From a virus (Duplodnaviria > Caudoviricetes): 48,561 nucleotides of DNA. The translations under genes and the position numbers were made by a program. Location of the stretch: IMG/VR virus record IMGVR_UViG_3300044844_001069, positions 1-48,561 of that record; one strand, given 5' to 3'. Position 1 is the stretch's first letter. Each line of letters opens with the position of its first letter. Below are positions 8,117-16,847 of this stretch, one piece after another. The notes under the pieces are model-generated. The model was given only the letters and a program-made list of their open reading frames with translations, was not told the DNA's origin and made no database searches.

Positions 8117-9270
8117 GTCACGCAAAATTGTCACCGTCCGCATCCGAAAGATGGATGAATTGCCCTGCCAGCGTTAAAGCGATTGCCTTAATGCCAGAAA
8201 CTGTTGATGAGTCATCGTCATTTGCCGCTGAAGGCACAGCCGCACACGACCTCGCTTCAACCTGTCTAACAACAGGTATGCCACCTGAAGCGTTTAAGCG
8301 TACCGTGTTTAGTGGCTATTTGCCTGATAAAGAAATGCTAATTAATGTGCAAACGTATCTTGATTATATTGATGAGATTTTAGAAGATATTTACGGCACA
8401 CTTCATGTTGAGATAAAAGTGGATTATTCACGTTGGGTGCAAGGTGGATTTGGCACATCTGATGCAATAATTTGCGATAAAGATGATAATTGCATTCACG
8501 TTGTTGACTTAAAATACGGTAGAGGTATTGAGGTATATGCTGAGAATAATACGCAATTGCAGCTATACGCCTTGGGTGCTTATGAGAAATTTAACAAAAA
8601 ATATGACATTCAAAAAGTAAAAATGCATATTGTGCAACCCCGCATAAACAATATCAGCAGTTGGGAAATATCGATTGGACAATTACTTGAATTTGGCGAA
8701 TATGCCACGCATCGCGCTAATCTGACCTTACTTCCCAATGCGCCATTTTCAGCAAGCGAAGAAGCCTGCCAGTGGTGTAGCGCAAAGTCATATTGCGAGG
8801 AATTGGCGAAAGTAAGTCTGCAAACAATGTCAGTTGATTTCAGTGACCTTACGCAGATTGAACCCGTGGAAGTGCCAATGCTTACTGCAAAAGACATTTC
8901 AGTTATTTATGATAAATTGCCGTTGCTTAAATCTTGGATAAAAGCAGTTGAAGAAGCGGCTCAAAATCTGGTGCAAACTGACGAGCTGAAAGGATTCAAA
9001 TTAGTAGCAGGTCGAAATTCAAGAAAGTGGAAATTCTCGGATGAAGATATTGTTAAATTGCTTGTTGATGACTTTGATTTAGACCCTGAGCAAGTTGTCA
9101 CCTTTGAAACGATTAGTGTTGCTCAATGCGAAAAGCTTCTTGATAAAGACGGTAAAAAGGAGCTTAAAGATTATTACATAAGCATATCAGGAAAGGCTCA
9201 AATCGTCCCTGCTGATGATAAACGCCCAGCGTTAACCACATCGTTAGATGATTTTGACACACTAGAATAA
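8113..9270 (+). CDS. DUF2800 / Cas4-like PD-(D/E)xK exonuclease
   Basis: HAKLSPS...RW..CP, EGTAAH, FGTSD, VDLKYGRG, QL.LYALG, CQWC.....C. Confidence 0.92.
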   Translation: MSHAKLSPSASERWMNCPASVKAIALMPETVDESSSFAAEGTAAHDLASTCLTTGMPPEAFKRTVFSGYLPDKEMLINVQTYLDYIDEILEDIYGTLHVEIKVDYSRWVQGGFGTSDAIICDKDDNCIHVVDLKYGRGIEVYAENNTQLQLYALGAYEKFNKKYDIQKVKMHIVQPRINNISSWEISIGQLLEFGEYATHRANLTLLPNAPFSASEEACQWCSAKSYCEELAKVSLQTMSVDFSDLTQIEPVEVPMLTAKDISVIYDKLPLLKSWIKAVEEAAQNLVQTDELKGFKLVAGRNSRKWKFSDEDIVKLLVDDFDLDPEQVVTFETISVAQCEKLLDKDGKKELKDYYISISGKAQIVPADDKRPALTTSLDDFDTLE

Positions 9271-9275
9271 AATTA

Positions 9276-9309
9276 TTGACTTTAGCTAGTGTAATATAAT
9301 ACACTAGCT
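9276..9309 (+). promoter_or_regulatory. Sigma70-like promoter with overlapping palindromic operator
   Basis: TTGACT-18-TACACT; inverted repeat AGCTAGTGTA-6-TACACTAGCT. Confidence 0.6.
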
Positions 9310-9525
9310 TCAACAGATTAGCTGGTCGATGCAAAACCAGTTTACACAAGCTCTTTAAGTTTTTAATCTTAATAGAAGCACTACTATTTAAAAGTGGCAA
9401 ATGTAGTTATGCGGAAAGCCTTAATGCACAAAAAATAACTGACTGCTGGAAAGACAGCACTATCAATTTTAGTGGTATGTTCCAAAACGGAACTAACCTT
9501 AATTTTAAATTTAGAGGAAATTATA

Positions 9526-9681
9526 ATGAGTATTTTTGATAATATTGTTGAAGCTGTTGAAAAAGTTACTGATGACGTTGTAGATGCCGTTACTGATATT
9601 TCAGAAGGAGATATCATTGGTGCAATTGAAAATGTTGTTGATGCTGTTGAAACAGTAAAAAACATTGAAGAAAAACTTTAA
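9526..9681 (+). CDS. Small highly acidic protein, 51 aa
   Basis: AGAGGA RBS before ATG 9526; D/E and V/I-rich repeat pattern. Confidence 0.7.
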   Translation: MSIFDNIVEAVEKVTDDVVDAVTDISEGDIIGAIENVVDAVETVKNIEEKL

Positions 9682-9708
9682 TGTATCAAGCAAAGCAAAA
9701 TGCTTTGC

Positions 9709-9748
9709 TTACTAAATTGCTAACTTACTAAATTGCTAAATTACTAAA
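9709..9748 (+). repeat. Five tandem 8-mers TTRCTAAM in the SSB leader
   Basis: TTACTAAA TTGCTAAC TTACTAAA TTGCTAAA TTACTAAA, preceded by hairpin 9688-9710. Confidence 0.9.
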
Positions 9749-9765
9749 TCGATAAGGAATTAAAA

Positions 9766-10320
9766 ATGTCTGACCCAATTATTTTAAAAAATGTTCGTTT
9801 AAGTTTTGCACATTTGTTTAAAAAAGAAACTTTTAAGCAAACCGATGGTAGCGTGACTGTTGGTAAATATGCAGCAACACTATTGCTAGATAAAACCGAA
9901 CATAAAGAAGCTATTGAAATGTTAAAAGCGGCTTCACGCCAAGCTGCAATTGAGAAATTTGGAGAAGGTAAAGTTCCAAAGTCAATTGTATTGCCATTAA
10001 AAGATGGTGATACTCAGGATTACGATGGTTATGAAAACCAAATGTATCTTAAAGCAGCTTCAACTCGTAAGCCTGTTATTATTAATAAGAAAAAACAAAA
10101 CATTGTAGAAGAAGACGAAATCATTTTTTCAGGCGATTACGTTAACGCCAAGATTGATTTTTGGGTGCAAGATAATGCGTTTGGTAAAAAAGTAAACGTC
10201 AATTTACAAGCAATCCAATTTGTCCGTGAAGGTGAACGTTTTGGCGCAGCACCTGTTAGCATTGATGATTTTGAAGTGGAAGCGTCATCTGATATTGAAG
10301 ATGAAGATTTTCCTTTTTAA
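9766..10320 (+). CDS. Single-stranded DNA-binding protein (DUF2815 / gp2.5-like)
   Basis: VRLSFAHLF, PLKDGD, SG.YV, L.AIQF..EGERFG, acidic tail ending DFPF. Confidence 0.92.
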   Translation: MSDPIILKNVRLSFAHLFKKETFKQTDGSVTVGKYAATLLLDKTEHKEAIEMLKAASRQAAIEKFGEGKVPKSIVLPLKDGDTQDYDGYENQMYLKAASTRKPVIINKKKQNIVEEDEIIFSGDYVNAKIDFWVQDNAFGKKVNVNLQAIQFVREGERFGAAPVSIDDFEVEASSDIEDEDFPF

Positions 10321-10336
10321 ATAACTAATGCGTATT

Positions 10337-10369
10337 AGCCGAAACGGGAATTCTCGTTTCGGCTTTTTT
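10337..10369 (+). terminator. Rho-independent terminator after ssb
   Basis: AGCCGAAACG...CGTTTCGGCT followed by a T run. Confidence 0.8.
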
Positions 10370-10370
10370 A

Positions 10371-12236
10371 ATGGGATATGCTATGCAAAACCTAGTCTTT
10401 ATCGACACTGAATGCTACAAAAATTACTTTCTTGTATTTGTTAAAAATGAAGAAGGTAAAGTGTATTATTGGGAAATGTTTAACAATAAGCGTCCTGATA
10501 CCATAATGCTTGCTAAAGCACTCAAATCAAAAACGCGAACATTTGTATCATTCAACGGTTTGTCTTACGATATGCCTATGATAGAAGCCTTTTTAAATGG
10601 GTTTACTAACGAACAGCTAAAAGCCTTAAGTGATGACATCATTGTTAACCAAGCTCGAAAGTATCATAACCTGCCATGTGACCATATTGATATTATCAAT
10701 ATCCCCATTGGTCAATCTTCATTAAAGATTTATGCTGGACGTTTACATTGTAAAAAAATGCAAGACTTGCCAATTGAACCTAGTGCAATAATTAAAGAAA
10801 CTGATATTAGTAATTTACGTCAATACTGTGAAAATGACGTTGATAATACACGATTGATATTCAATGAAATCCGTCAAAGAATTGACTTGCGTGAAGAAAT
10901 TACCGCGCAATATGGAATCGATGTTAGAAGTAAAAGTGATGCGCAAATTGCTGAAGCAGTTATTAAATCTGAGGTTTCAGCAATAACGGGCAAGCAATAT
11001 AAGCCAACACCTTACCCTGATGATTTTAAATTTAAATATCAAAATCCACAAATATTGTCTTTTCAATCTAATTATTTGAATTCATTGTTTGAAACAATAT
11101 TGGAAGAAGAATTTGGTCTTAGTGAAAAAGGTGGGGTTAAACTTCCAGAATGGCTTTCGGAAGATAGAATTTCATTTAATTTTTTGCATCAGAATATTGA
11201 TGTAGTAAATCGATTTTATCAATTTGGAATTGGGGGTTTGCATTCGTGTGAAAAAGCGCAAAGTGAATATTCTGATGATGAGTATATGCTGTGTGATGCG
11301 GATGTCGGCAGCTACTATCCATCAATTATTGAGCAATTAGGTTTGTTTCCAAAATCATTTGGTAAAGATTTTTTAAATCTGTATTCCAAAATAATTATTG
11401 AAAGATTGGCAGCAAAAGGAAAAGCATCTTCTATTGCTAAAACTATTGGCAAGTTAACTATTGATACTACTGATTTACAAATAGAAATGAAACGGCACAT
11501 TGTCGAATCTGAAGTTAAAAAAATCGTGTTAAATTCTTCGTTTGGCAAATTTGGAAGTAAATACAGCACTTTATATTCGCCAGAACTGCTTATCCAAGTG
11601 ACAATAACAGGTCAATTAGCACTTTTAATGCTGATTGAAAAATTAAATATGAATGATATGCTTGTTATTTCAGCCAATACTGATGGTATCGTGGTTAAAT
11701 TAAAACGCACTGCTTACGATGAATTCCAAACGATTGTGCAATGGTGGGAATTGCAAACAGGCTTTCGGATGGAAGAAACACAATACAAATCCATTCATAG
11801 TCGTGATGTAAATAATTATTTTGCCATTAAGCCTGACGGTAAAGTAAAGTCAAAAGGTATTTATGGTGATGCAACACTAAGTAAAAACCCAACTGAGCTT
11901 ATCGTCAGCAAAGCCGTAATTGCTTATGTGAATAAAGGTATTCGGATTGAAGACTATATCCGAAATGATACTGACATCAGAAACTTTACAAGCATTCGTA
12001 CCGTAAAACTTGGTGCATACTTTCGTGGTGAATTGATTGGTAAAGCAGTTCGATTCTATCAGTGTTCAACAAGTAGTGATTTTTTAGTTAATGCAAAAGG
12101 TGATAAAGTGGCTAAGTCCGATGGATGCTTTCCATTAATGGAATTACCAGATACCTTGCCTGACGATATAAACTATGACTACTATATCGCTGAAGCAATC
12201 AAATTATGCAAATTGACGGGAATTGATTATGTTTGA
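10371..12236 (+). CDS. Family B DNA polymerase with 3'-5' exonuclease domain
   Basis: ExoI DTE, ExoII FNG..YD, ExoIII YC.ND; motif A DVGSYYP, B K...NS.FGK, C NTDG. Confidence 0.9.
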   Translation: MGYAMQNLVFIDTECYKNYFLVFVKNEEGKVYYWEMFNNKRPDTIMLAKALKSKTRTFVSFNGLSYDMPMIEAFLNGFTNEQLKALSDDIIVNQARKYHNLPCDHIDIINIPIGQSSLKIYAGRLHCKKMQDLPIEPSAIIKETDISNLRQYCENDVDNTRLIFNEIRQRIDLREEITAQYGIDVRSKSDAQIAEAVIKSEVSAITGKQYKPTPYPDDFKFKYQNPQILSFQSNYLNSLFETILEEEFGLSEKGGVKLPEWLSEDRISFNFLHQNIDVVNRFYQFGIGGLHSCEKAQSEYSDDEYMLCDADVGSYYPSIIEQLGLFPKSFGKDFLNLYSKIIIERLAAKGKASSIAKTIGKLTIDTTDLQIEMKRHIVESEVKKIVLNSSFGKFGSKYSTLYSPELLIQVTITGQLALLMLIEKLNMNDMLVISANTDGIVVKLKRTAYDEFQTIVQWWELQTGFRMEETQYKSIHSRDVNNYFAIKPDGKVKSKGIYGDATLSKNPTELIVSKAVIAYVNKGIRIEDYIRNDTDIRNFTSIRTVKLGAYFRGELIGKAVRFYQCSTSSDFLVNAKGDKVAKSDGCFPLMELPDTLPDDINYDYYIAEAIKLCKLTGIDYV

Positions 12237-12510
12237 GAGTAAAATTGAAAAGTATTTAGTCGATAGCTGTAAAAAACGTAATTGGCTTTGTGAAAAATTC
12301 ACATCACCGTCAGGTAGAAACAAACCCGACAGGATGATAACGCTACCAAACAAGGTTGTGTTTGTTGAGCTTAAAGCCACTGGAAAAACACCCAATGCAG
12401 GACAATTAGCCGACCATGAGCGAAGACGAAATTTTAATATTGATGTTTACGTCATTGATAGCCTATCTGCTGTTGATGTTCTCTTAACCCAACTTGAACT
12501 GAGTATTTAA
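12229..12510 (+). CDS. VRR-NUC domain nuclease
   Basis: E..IE..L, KF.SP....PDR, FVELKA.G......Q. Confidence 0.9.
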   Translation: MFESKIEKYLVDSCKKRNWLCEKFTSPSGRNKPDRMITLPNKVVFVELKATGKTPNAGQLADHERRRNFNIDVYVIDSLSAVDVLLTQLELSI

Positions 12511-13850
12511 TGTTAGCCTTATCTGATTTGCACAAGTATCAAACAAAAAGCAAAGATTTTATTTTAGACAACAATAATTGCGGATTATTTCAGCAATGCG
12601 GTTTAGGTAAAACGGTCAGTACGCTAACAGCTATATCTCATTTATTTGAACAACGTGAAATTAAAAAAGTATTGGTGATTTCAACACTTCGAGTCGCCAA
12701 TACGGTTTGGCATAATGAGGTTAAAGAATGGGAGCATTTGCAGCATCTATCTGTAAGTCGAATTATTGGTAATGCAAAGCAACGTTTAGAAGCAATTAAT
12801 AAATGCCAAATTCATACTATTAATGCTGAGAATTTACCTTGGCTTGTTCGTGAAGCTTGTCGGAATAATTTCCCATACGACTTTGTTGTTTTTGACGAGT
12901 CATCGCTATTTAAAAATTCATCATCGATACGTTTTAAAGCCGCAAAAGCAATGCTACCTGTACTAAGTCGCACATTGATACTGACAGGCTCACCAGCAGC
13001 CAACGGTGTGCATGATTTATGGTCACAAGTCTATTTGCTTGACCAAGGTAAACGACTTGGTAAAAACATCACTGCTTTTCGCAACAAATGGTTTATTCCA
13101 AATCGATTTTATGGTTTTGACCCTTTGCCAAATGCGCTGATTGAAATCCCAGCTCGCATCGAAGATATTTGTTTAAGCATGAAAGCTGATGATTATCTTG
13201 ATGTACCCGCAATGATTGAAAACGAAATAATGGTTGAACTATCTGCACCTGCTAAAAAGCTTTACAAAGAAATGCGTAACCAGTTATTGGTTGAAGTAAA
13301 CAGCATTGATATTGAATCTCCAACGGCTGCAACCCTTGTTAATAAATGCCAGCAAATTTCAAACGGTTTTCTTTACGATGAGCAAAAGAATATTCACGTT
13401 TTGCATGAAAATAAACTTGATGCTTTAAGTAGTATTATTGAAGAAACAGAAAGTCCAATCCTTATTTTCTATTCTTTTAAAGCAGACCTTCAAGCAATAC
13501 AAAAACGATTTGCATATGTTGCAACATTAGATAAGGATTCTGATTTGACCATAAAAATGTGGAATAACGGTGATGTACCGCTTTTATGTTGCCACGCCAA
13601 AAGTGCTGGACACGGGCTTAACTTACAAAAAGGTGGAAATACGATTGTTTGGTTTGGTTTGACGTTTTCTTGGGAACTATTTGAGCAAGCAAATTCACGT
13701 TTACATCGTCAGGGTCAACGTAAAAATGTCTTTGTGCATTACCTTCTCGGTGATGGGACAATTGACCATTTAATTCTAAAAGCTTTACGCAATAAAGAAC
13801 GTGTACAAGATTCTGTTTTTGAGCAATTAAAAGCTCTTGACAAATCATAA
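12510..13850 (+). CDS. SNF2-like (SF2) helicase
   Basis: GLGKT, DESS, LTGSP, SAGHGLNLQ, QANSRLHRQGQ. Confidence 0.93.
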   Translation: MLALSDLHKYQTKSKDFILDNNNCGLFQQCGLGKTVSTLTAISHLFEQREIKKVLVISTLRVANTVWHNEVKEWEHLQHLSVSRIIGNAKQRLEAINKCQIHTINAENLPWLVREACRNNFPYDFVVFDESSLFKNSSSIRFKAAKAMLPVLSRTLILTGSPAANGVHDLWSQVYLLDQGKRLGKNITAFRNKWFIPNRFYGFDPLPNALIEIPARIEDICLSMKADDYLDVPAMIENEIMVELSAPAKKLYKEMRNQLLVEVNSIDIESPTAATLVNKCQQISNGFLYDEQKNIHVLHENKLDALSSIIEETESPILIFYSFKADLQAIQKRFAYVATLDKDSDLTIKMWNNGDVPLLCCHAKSAGHGLNLQKGGNTIVWFGLTFSWELFEQANSRLHRQGQRKNVFVHYLLGDGTIDHLILKALRNKERVQDSVFEQLKALDKS

Positions 13851-13879
13851 CGCAAACCGCAAAATCTATTAACGCCAAT

Positions 13880-14056
13880 ATGGATGAAACTAAAAAAAAA
13901 GTAAAACCTGATTTATTTGATTTGCATGATTTTAGTAAACGTGATTTTTCAGAAATAATTACTTCAACTTTAGATTTTAAATTGGCAAAAGAATTCCTTA
14001 GGACTCCGTTTTTATATTCTAATCTTTATGACTGTGGCGATGACAGTGACGAATAG
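13880..14056 (+). CDS. Possible 58-aa hypothetical protein (not in ORF track)
   Basis: Open frame MDETKKKVKPDLF...DDSDE; no clear RBS. Confidence 0.35.
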   Translation: MDETKKKVKPDLFDLHDFSKRDFSEIITSTLDFKLAKEFLRTPFLYSNLYDCGDDSDE

Positions 14057-14211
14057 TCTACACATCGAACACGCCAGCTAACAGGTGCGTGTACATGAAA
14101 AAACAGTTAGCGTATGCATTTGTTTTATCCTTTTTAATAAATGCTGAGGGCATCGAGAACCACTCTAAAAAAAGCGTTTAGGTGTGACCTGCATAGTATT
14201 CTCCTTTCTTT

Positions 14212-14241
14212 AAAAAGCCAGCCTTATCCCTCTGGCTTTTT
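14212..14241. terminator. Likely bidirectional terminator
   Basis: AAAAAGCCAG...CTGGCTTTTT. Confidence 0.65.
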
Positions 14242-14242
14242 A

Positions 14243-14271
14243 TTGAACCTTAAATTGTAATATGTTACACT
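14243..14271 (+). promoter_or_regulatory. Sigma70-like promoter with degenerate operator
   Basis: TTGAAC-17-TACACT; 14255-14270 matches GTGTAATATAATACAC at 13/16. Confidence 0.6.
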
Positions 14272-14277
14272 AAGTTT

Positions 14278-14378
14278 GAGTTTTTTAGATTTGCACGGAC
14301 GAGGTGTATTTAATCTAAAGGATTCGTCCTGACCTGCTGATACTGTGTTCTCGTCCACCTGTATCAGCGGGTTTTTTT
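14278..14378 (+). ncRNA. Putative structured leader or small RNA ending in a terminator, upstream of nrdJb
   Basis: Crossed pairings 14284-91/14312-19 and 14297-302/14324-29; 11-bp stem plus T7 tract. Confidence 0.4.
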
Positions 14379-14401
14379 ATTTCTAATTTTGAGAATAATT
14401 T

Positions 14402-15049
14402 ATGTTTACTATTAATAAAAAAATTGTTGGCTATCAAGTTGTAAATAAAACTGAAGAAGAAATTGCAGTAAAACCTGAACTTGAAACCATCCATGAAGCA
14501 ATCAAACGTCCTGACATACTAACAGGCGCAACGTATAAAATTAAAACTCCGCAATCAGAACACGCTTTGTATATTACCATCAATGATATGGTTTTAAATG
14601 CAGGTACAGAGCATGAACAATATCATCCTTATGAAATGTTCATTAATTCCAAAAATATGGAGCATTTCCAATGGGTACTTGCATTAACTCGCTTAGTGTC
14701 GGCTGTTTGGCGCAAAGGTGGTGACTCTACGTTTTTAGTTGAAGAACTCAAAAACGTATTTGATCCGAAGGGTGGTTACTATAAAAAAGGTGGTGTGTAT
14801 ATGCCATCGCTAGTGGCTGAGATTGGTAGCGTAATTGAACAGCATTTAATAGCAACTGGTGTTATTAAAGTTAAGGTGGACGAACACATGGAAAAGTTTA
14901 TCAAAGCAAAGCGTGAAGAAGTGATGAGCAGTGAAGAAACTGGGTATCCTGCTAATGCCACTTTATGTAATGAATGCAATACAAAAGCGGTGATTGTTAT
15001 GGATAATTGTCAAGTATGCTTATGCTGCGCCAGCTCAAAGTGTGGGTGA
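14402..15049 (+). CDS. nrdJb: NrdJb-like (TSCPD + Zn ribbon) small subunit of split class II ribonucleotide reductase
   Basis: TYKIKTP.SEHALYITIND, FINSKNMEHFQW..ALTR, VFDP.GGY, terminal CxxC...CxxCxxC..SKCG. Confidence 0.85.
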   Translation: MFTINKKIVGYQVVNKTEEEIAVKPELETIHEAIKRPDILTGATYKIKTPQSEHALYITINDMVLNAGTEHEQYHPYEMFINSKNMEHFQWVLALTRLVSAVWRKGGDSTFLVEELKNVFDPKGGYYKKGGVYMPSLVAEIGSVIEQHLIATGVIKVKVDEHMEKFIKAKREEVMSSEETGYPANATLCNECNTKAVIVMDNCQVCLCCASSKCG

Positions 15050-15052
15050 TTT

Positions 15053-15469
15053 ATGAGTAAAGAAAGAGAGTTGTTAAAAAGAGTGCGAGATACACTGCGC
15101 GAATTAAAAGAAACTCATTATGATTTGTACTGGGATATACAAGCTGAACTAGACCTAGATGAGCAAGAGCCTGTGGCGTGGATGTCAACAAAAGGGGAAG
15201 GCGGTCTTACTGACGATAGTTATTATGCTAACCTCAAAGATTATGTGCCACTCTACCTAGCACCAACAAAACGTGAACTTTTGAGTGATGATGAAATTTT
15301 TAAAATTGGATACAATGCAGGATTTGCTCTTGACCATGTTGAAAATGATGATGATGATTGTTCCGCCTATGGATTTTTAAACGAGTATGGTTACATTGAT
15401 AATAATCCATATTTTAAGTTTGTCAGAGCAATAGAAAAAGCACACGGTATTGGAGTAGAAAATGAATAA
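15053..15469 (+). CDS. Hypothetical phage protein (QEPVAW...PLY...RAIE.AHGI type)
   Basis: Motifs common in small proteobacterial phage proteins; operon packing. Confidence 0.75.
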   Translation: MSKERELLKRVRDTLRELKETHYDLYWDIQAELDLDEQEPVAWMSTKGEGGLTDDSYYANLKDYVPLYLAPTKRELLSDDEIFKIGYNAGFALDHVENDDDDCSAYGFLNEYGYIDNNPYFKFVRAIEKAHGIGVENE

Positions 15470-15650
15470 AGAAACTATTTACATTGATGCAGTCACTAAG
15501 CTCAATGAACAAGATGTCGTTATTCAAGAACTAGCTGAACTGCTTAGTGATGTTTTATATGTTTGGAGAGGGTATTCAAAATCAGAAGAATATGACTTGT
15601 ATGTAAAAGCAAATGATTATTTAAAAGGATTGAGAGATGACAGAACATGA
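15462..15650 (+). CDS. Hypothetical protein
   Basis: GGAG RBS; overlapping operon gene. Confidence 0.7.
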   Translation: MNKETIYIDAVTKLNEQDVVIQELAELLSDVLYVWRGYSKSEEYDLYVKANDYLKGLRDDRT

Positions 15651-15846
15651 AATAAACGTTCTTATAAATGTTAATAAGGAATTGTTTAAAGCTATAAAAA
15701 TACTCAATGATTTAAATCATGATTTTGTTTTTGTTAATGAAACAACTTCGTATCACACGATTATAAATTCATGTCGCCAGATACTTTTTACCGTATCTGA
15801 AGAAATTACACAAACCGTTGTTAAAGAGGATAAAAAATGTCAGTGA
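15637..15846 (+). CDS. Hypothetical protein
   Basis: Overlapping operon gene. Confidence 0.65.
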   Translation: MTEHEINVLINVNKELFKAIKILNDLNHDFVFVNETTSYHTIINSCRQILFTVSEEITQTVVKEDKKCQ

Positions 15847-16262
15847 TTGTAGGTAAAAAATTAAATGATTTAGTAAAATCTATTTCAGATTGTCCTGAAG
15901 AAAATATTGAATATTCAGGCGTAAATGTTGGTATCGATAAATGGTCATCCAGTGCATTAACTGAAAATGGTGTACCAATGTGGGAAACATGGGATAAACG
16001 TATTGATATTCATCCTCACAAATTTATCCGAGCAAGATTGATTGAATCGTTTAAAATGCCAAATAACGTTCTTGGTATGTTCACGCTTCGCAGTAAATAT
16101 GCCCAACGAGGTCTTGAGCATTCTACGTCAATACTTCTAAAACCAAACTGGCATGGGCAACTGATTTTGGAATTAACCAATTTGACAAATACTTTTCCGA
16201 TTGAATTGAAGTATGGCGAATTAATTGGTCAAATCACTTTTTTTGAATGCCACGATTATTGA
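15837..16262 (+). CDS. dCTP deaminase-like protein (short, degenerate)
   Basis: E...MP........LRSKYA.RGL, P.W.G.L.LEL.N, IGQI.F. Confidence 0.8.
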   Translation: MSVIVGKKLNDLVKSISDCPEENIEYSGVNVGIDKWSSSALTENGVPMWETWDKRIDIHPHKFIRARLIESFKMPNNVLGMFTLRSKYAQRGLEHSTSILLKPNWHGQLILELTNLTNTFPIELKYGELIGQITFFECHDY

Positions 16263-16285
16263 AATCTTTATGATATAATTCAAAA

Positions 16286-16335
16286 GTGTGGCTAGGGTCA
16301 TTCCCGAAAAGTATTTGCCCTAATATCTGCCACAC
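16286..16335 (+). ncRNA. Putative three-way-junction leader RNA
   Basis: GTGTGGC/GCCACAC closing stem with two inner hairpins, just after an extended -10 (TGaTATAAT). Confidence 0.4.
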
Positions 16336-16353
16336 CTTATTTATGGAGGTTTT

Positions 16354-16533
16354 ATGAATGAAAAACAACGTGAAATGATTAATCGCAAAATGGATGCGAT
16401 GCTTTTAAAACCAAGACGTAAAACAAATTGGGGTAAAGGTTTTCAAATTACAGCCCGATTATCGGATATTGATATTGTTCGATATGAACGATTGGATGTT
16501 ATAAATGATTATGTTTCAGGAATACGGCACTAA
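16354..16533 (+). CDS. Small basic hypothetical protein, 59 aa (not in ORF track)
   Basis: GGAGG RBS; TAATG coupling to the next gene. Confidence 0.65.
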   Translation: MNEKQREMINRKMDAMLLKPRRKTNWGKGFQITARLSDIDIVRYERLDVINDYVSGIRH

Positions 16534-16847
16534 TGACACTTCCATTTCAACACGCAGCAACACTTAAGTATCAAATGCTTAAGCCGAATGGCTATGCTGA
16601 AGATGCACTAAATAAAGATGGTGCAAAATTCAGAGTTATTTTTGGTCAACAGCCACGTCTTGACGAATTTGGGGACACTATCATTAATTCACAAGTGACC
16701 TACATCAAAACATTGCAATCTGAAGTTGATAGACTTCAACTTAAAAAAAGACAACTCATCACCGTCAATGGTCTTGCACACACTATGCTTGATATACCTC
16801 CACCTTCTATCTTAGGTGAAGTTATCATTCAAATTCAAGAAACCTAA
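16533..16847 (+). CDS. Putative head-tail joining protein (gpFII-like)
   Basis: Size, beta-rich pattern and position before gpZ/gpU-like genes. Confidence 0.5.
   Translation: MTLPFQHAATLKYQMLKPNGYAEDALNKDGAKFRVIFGQQPRLDEFGDTIINSQVTYIKTLQSEVDRLQLKKRQLITVNGLAHTMLDIPPPSILGEVIIQIQET

Noticed and set aside
8113-9270. Cas4 as part of a CRISPR system
   Set aside because: It sits in a standard phage replication module; no other cas genes or array.
14057-14400. tRNA genes or a known ribozyme
   Set aside because: No cloverleaf with a T-loop and no hammerhead core could be built by eye.
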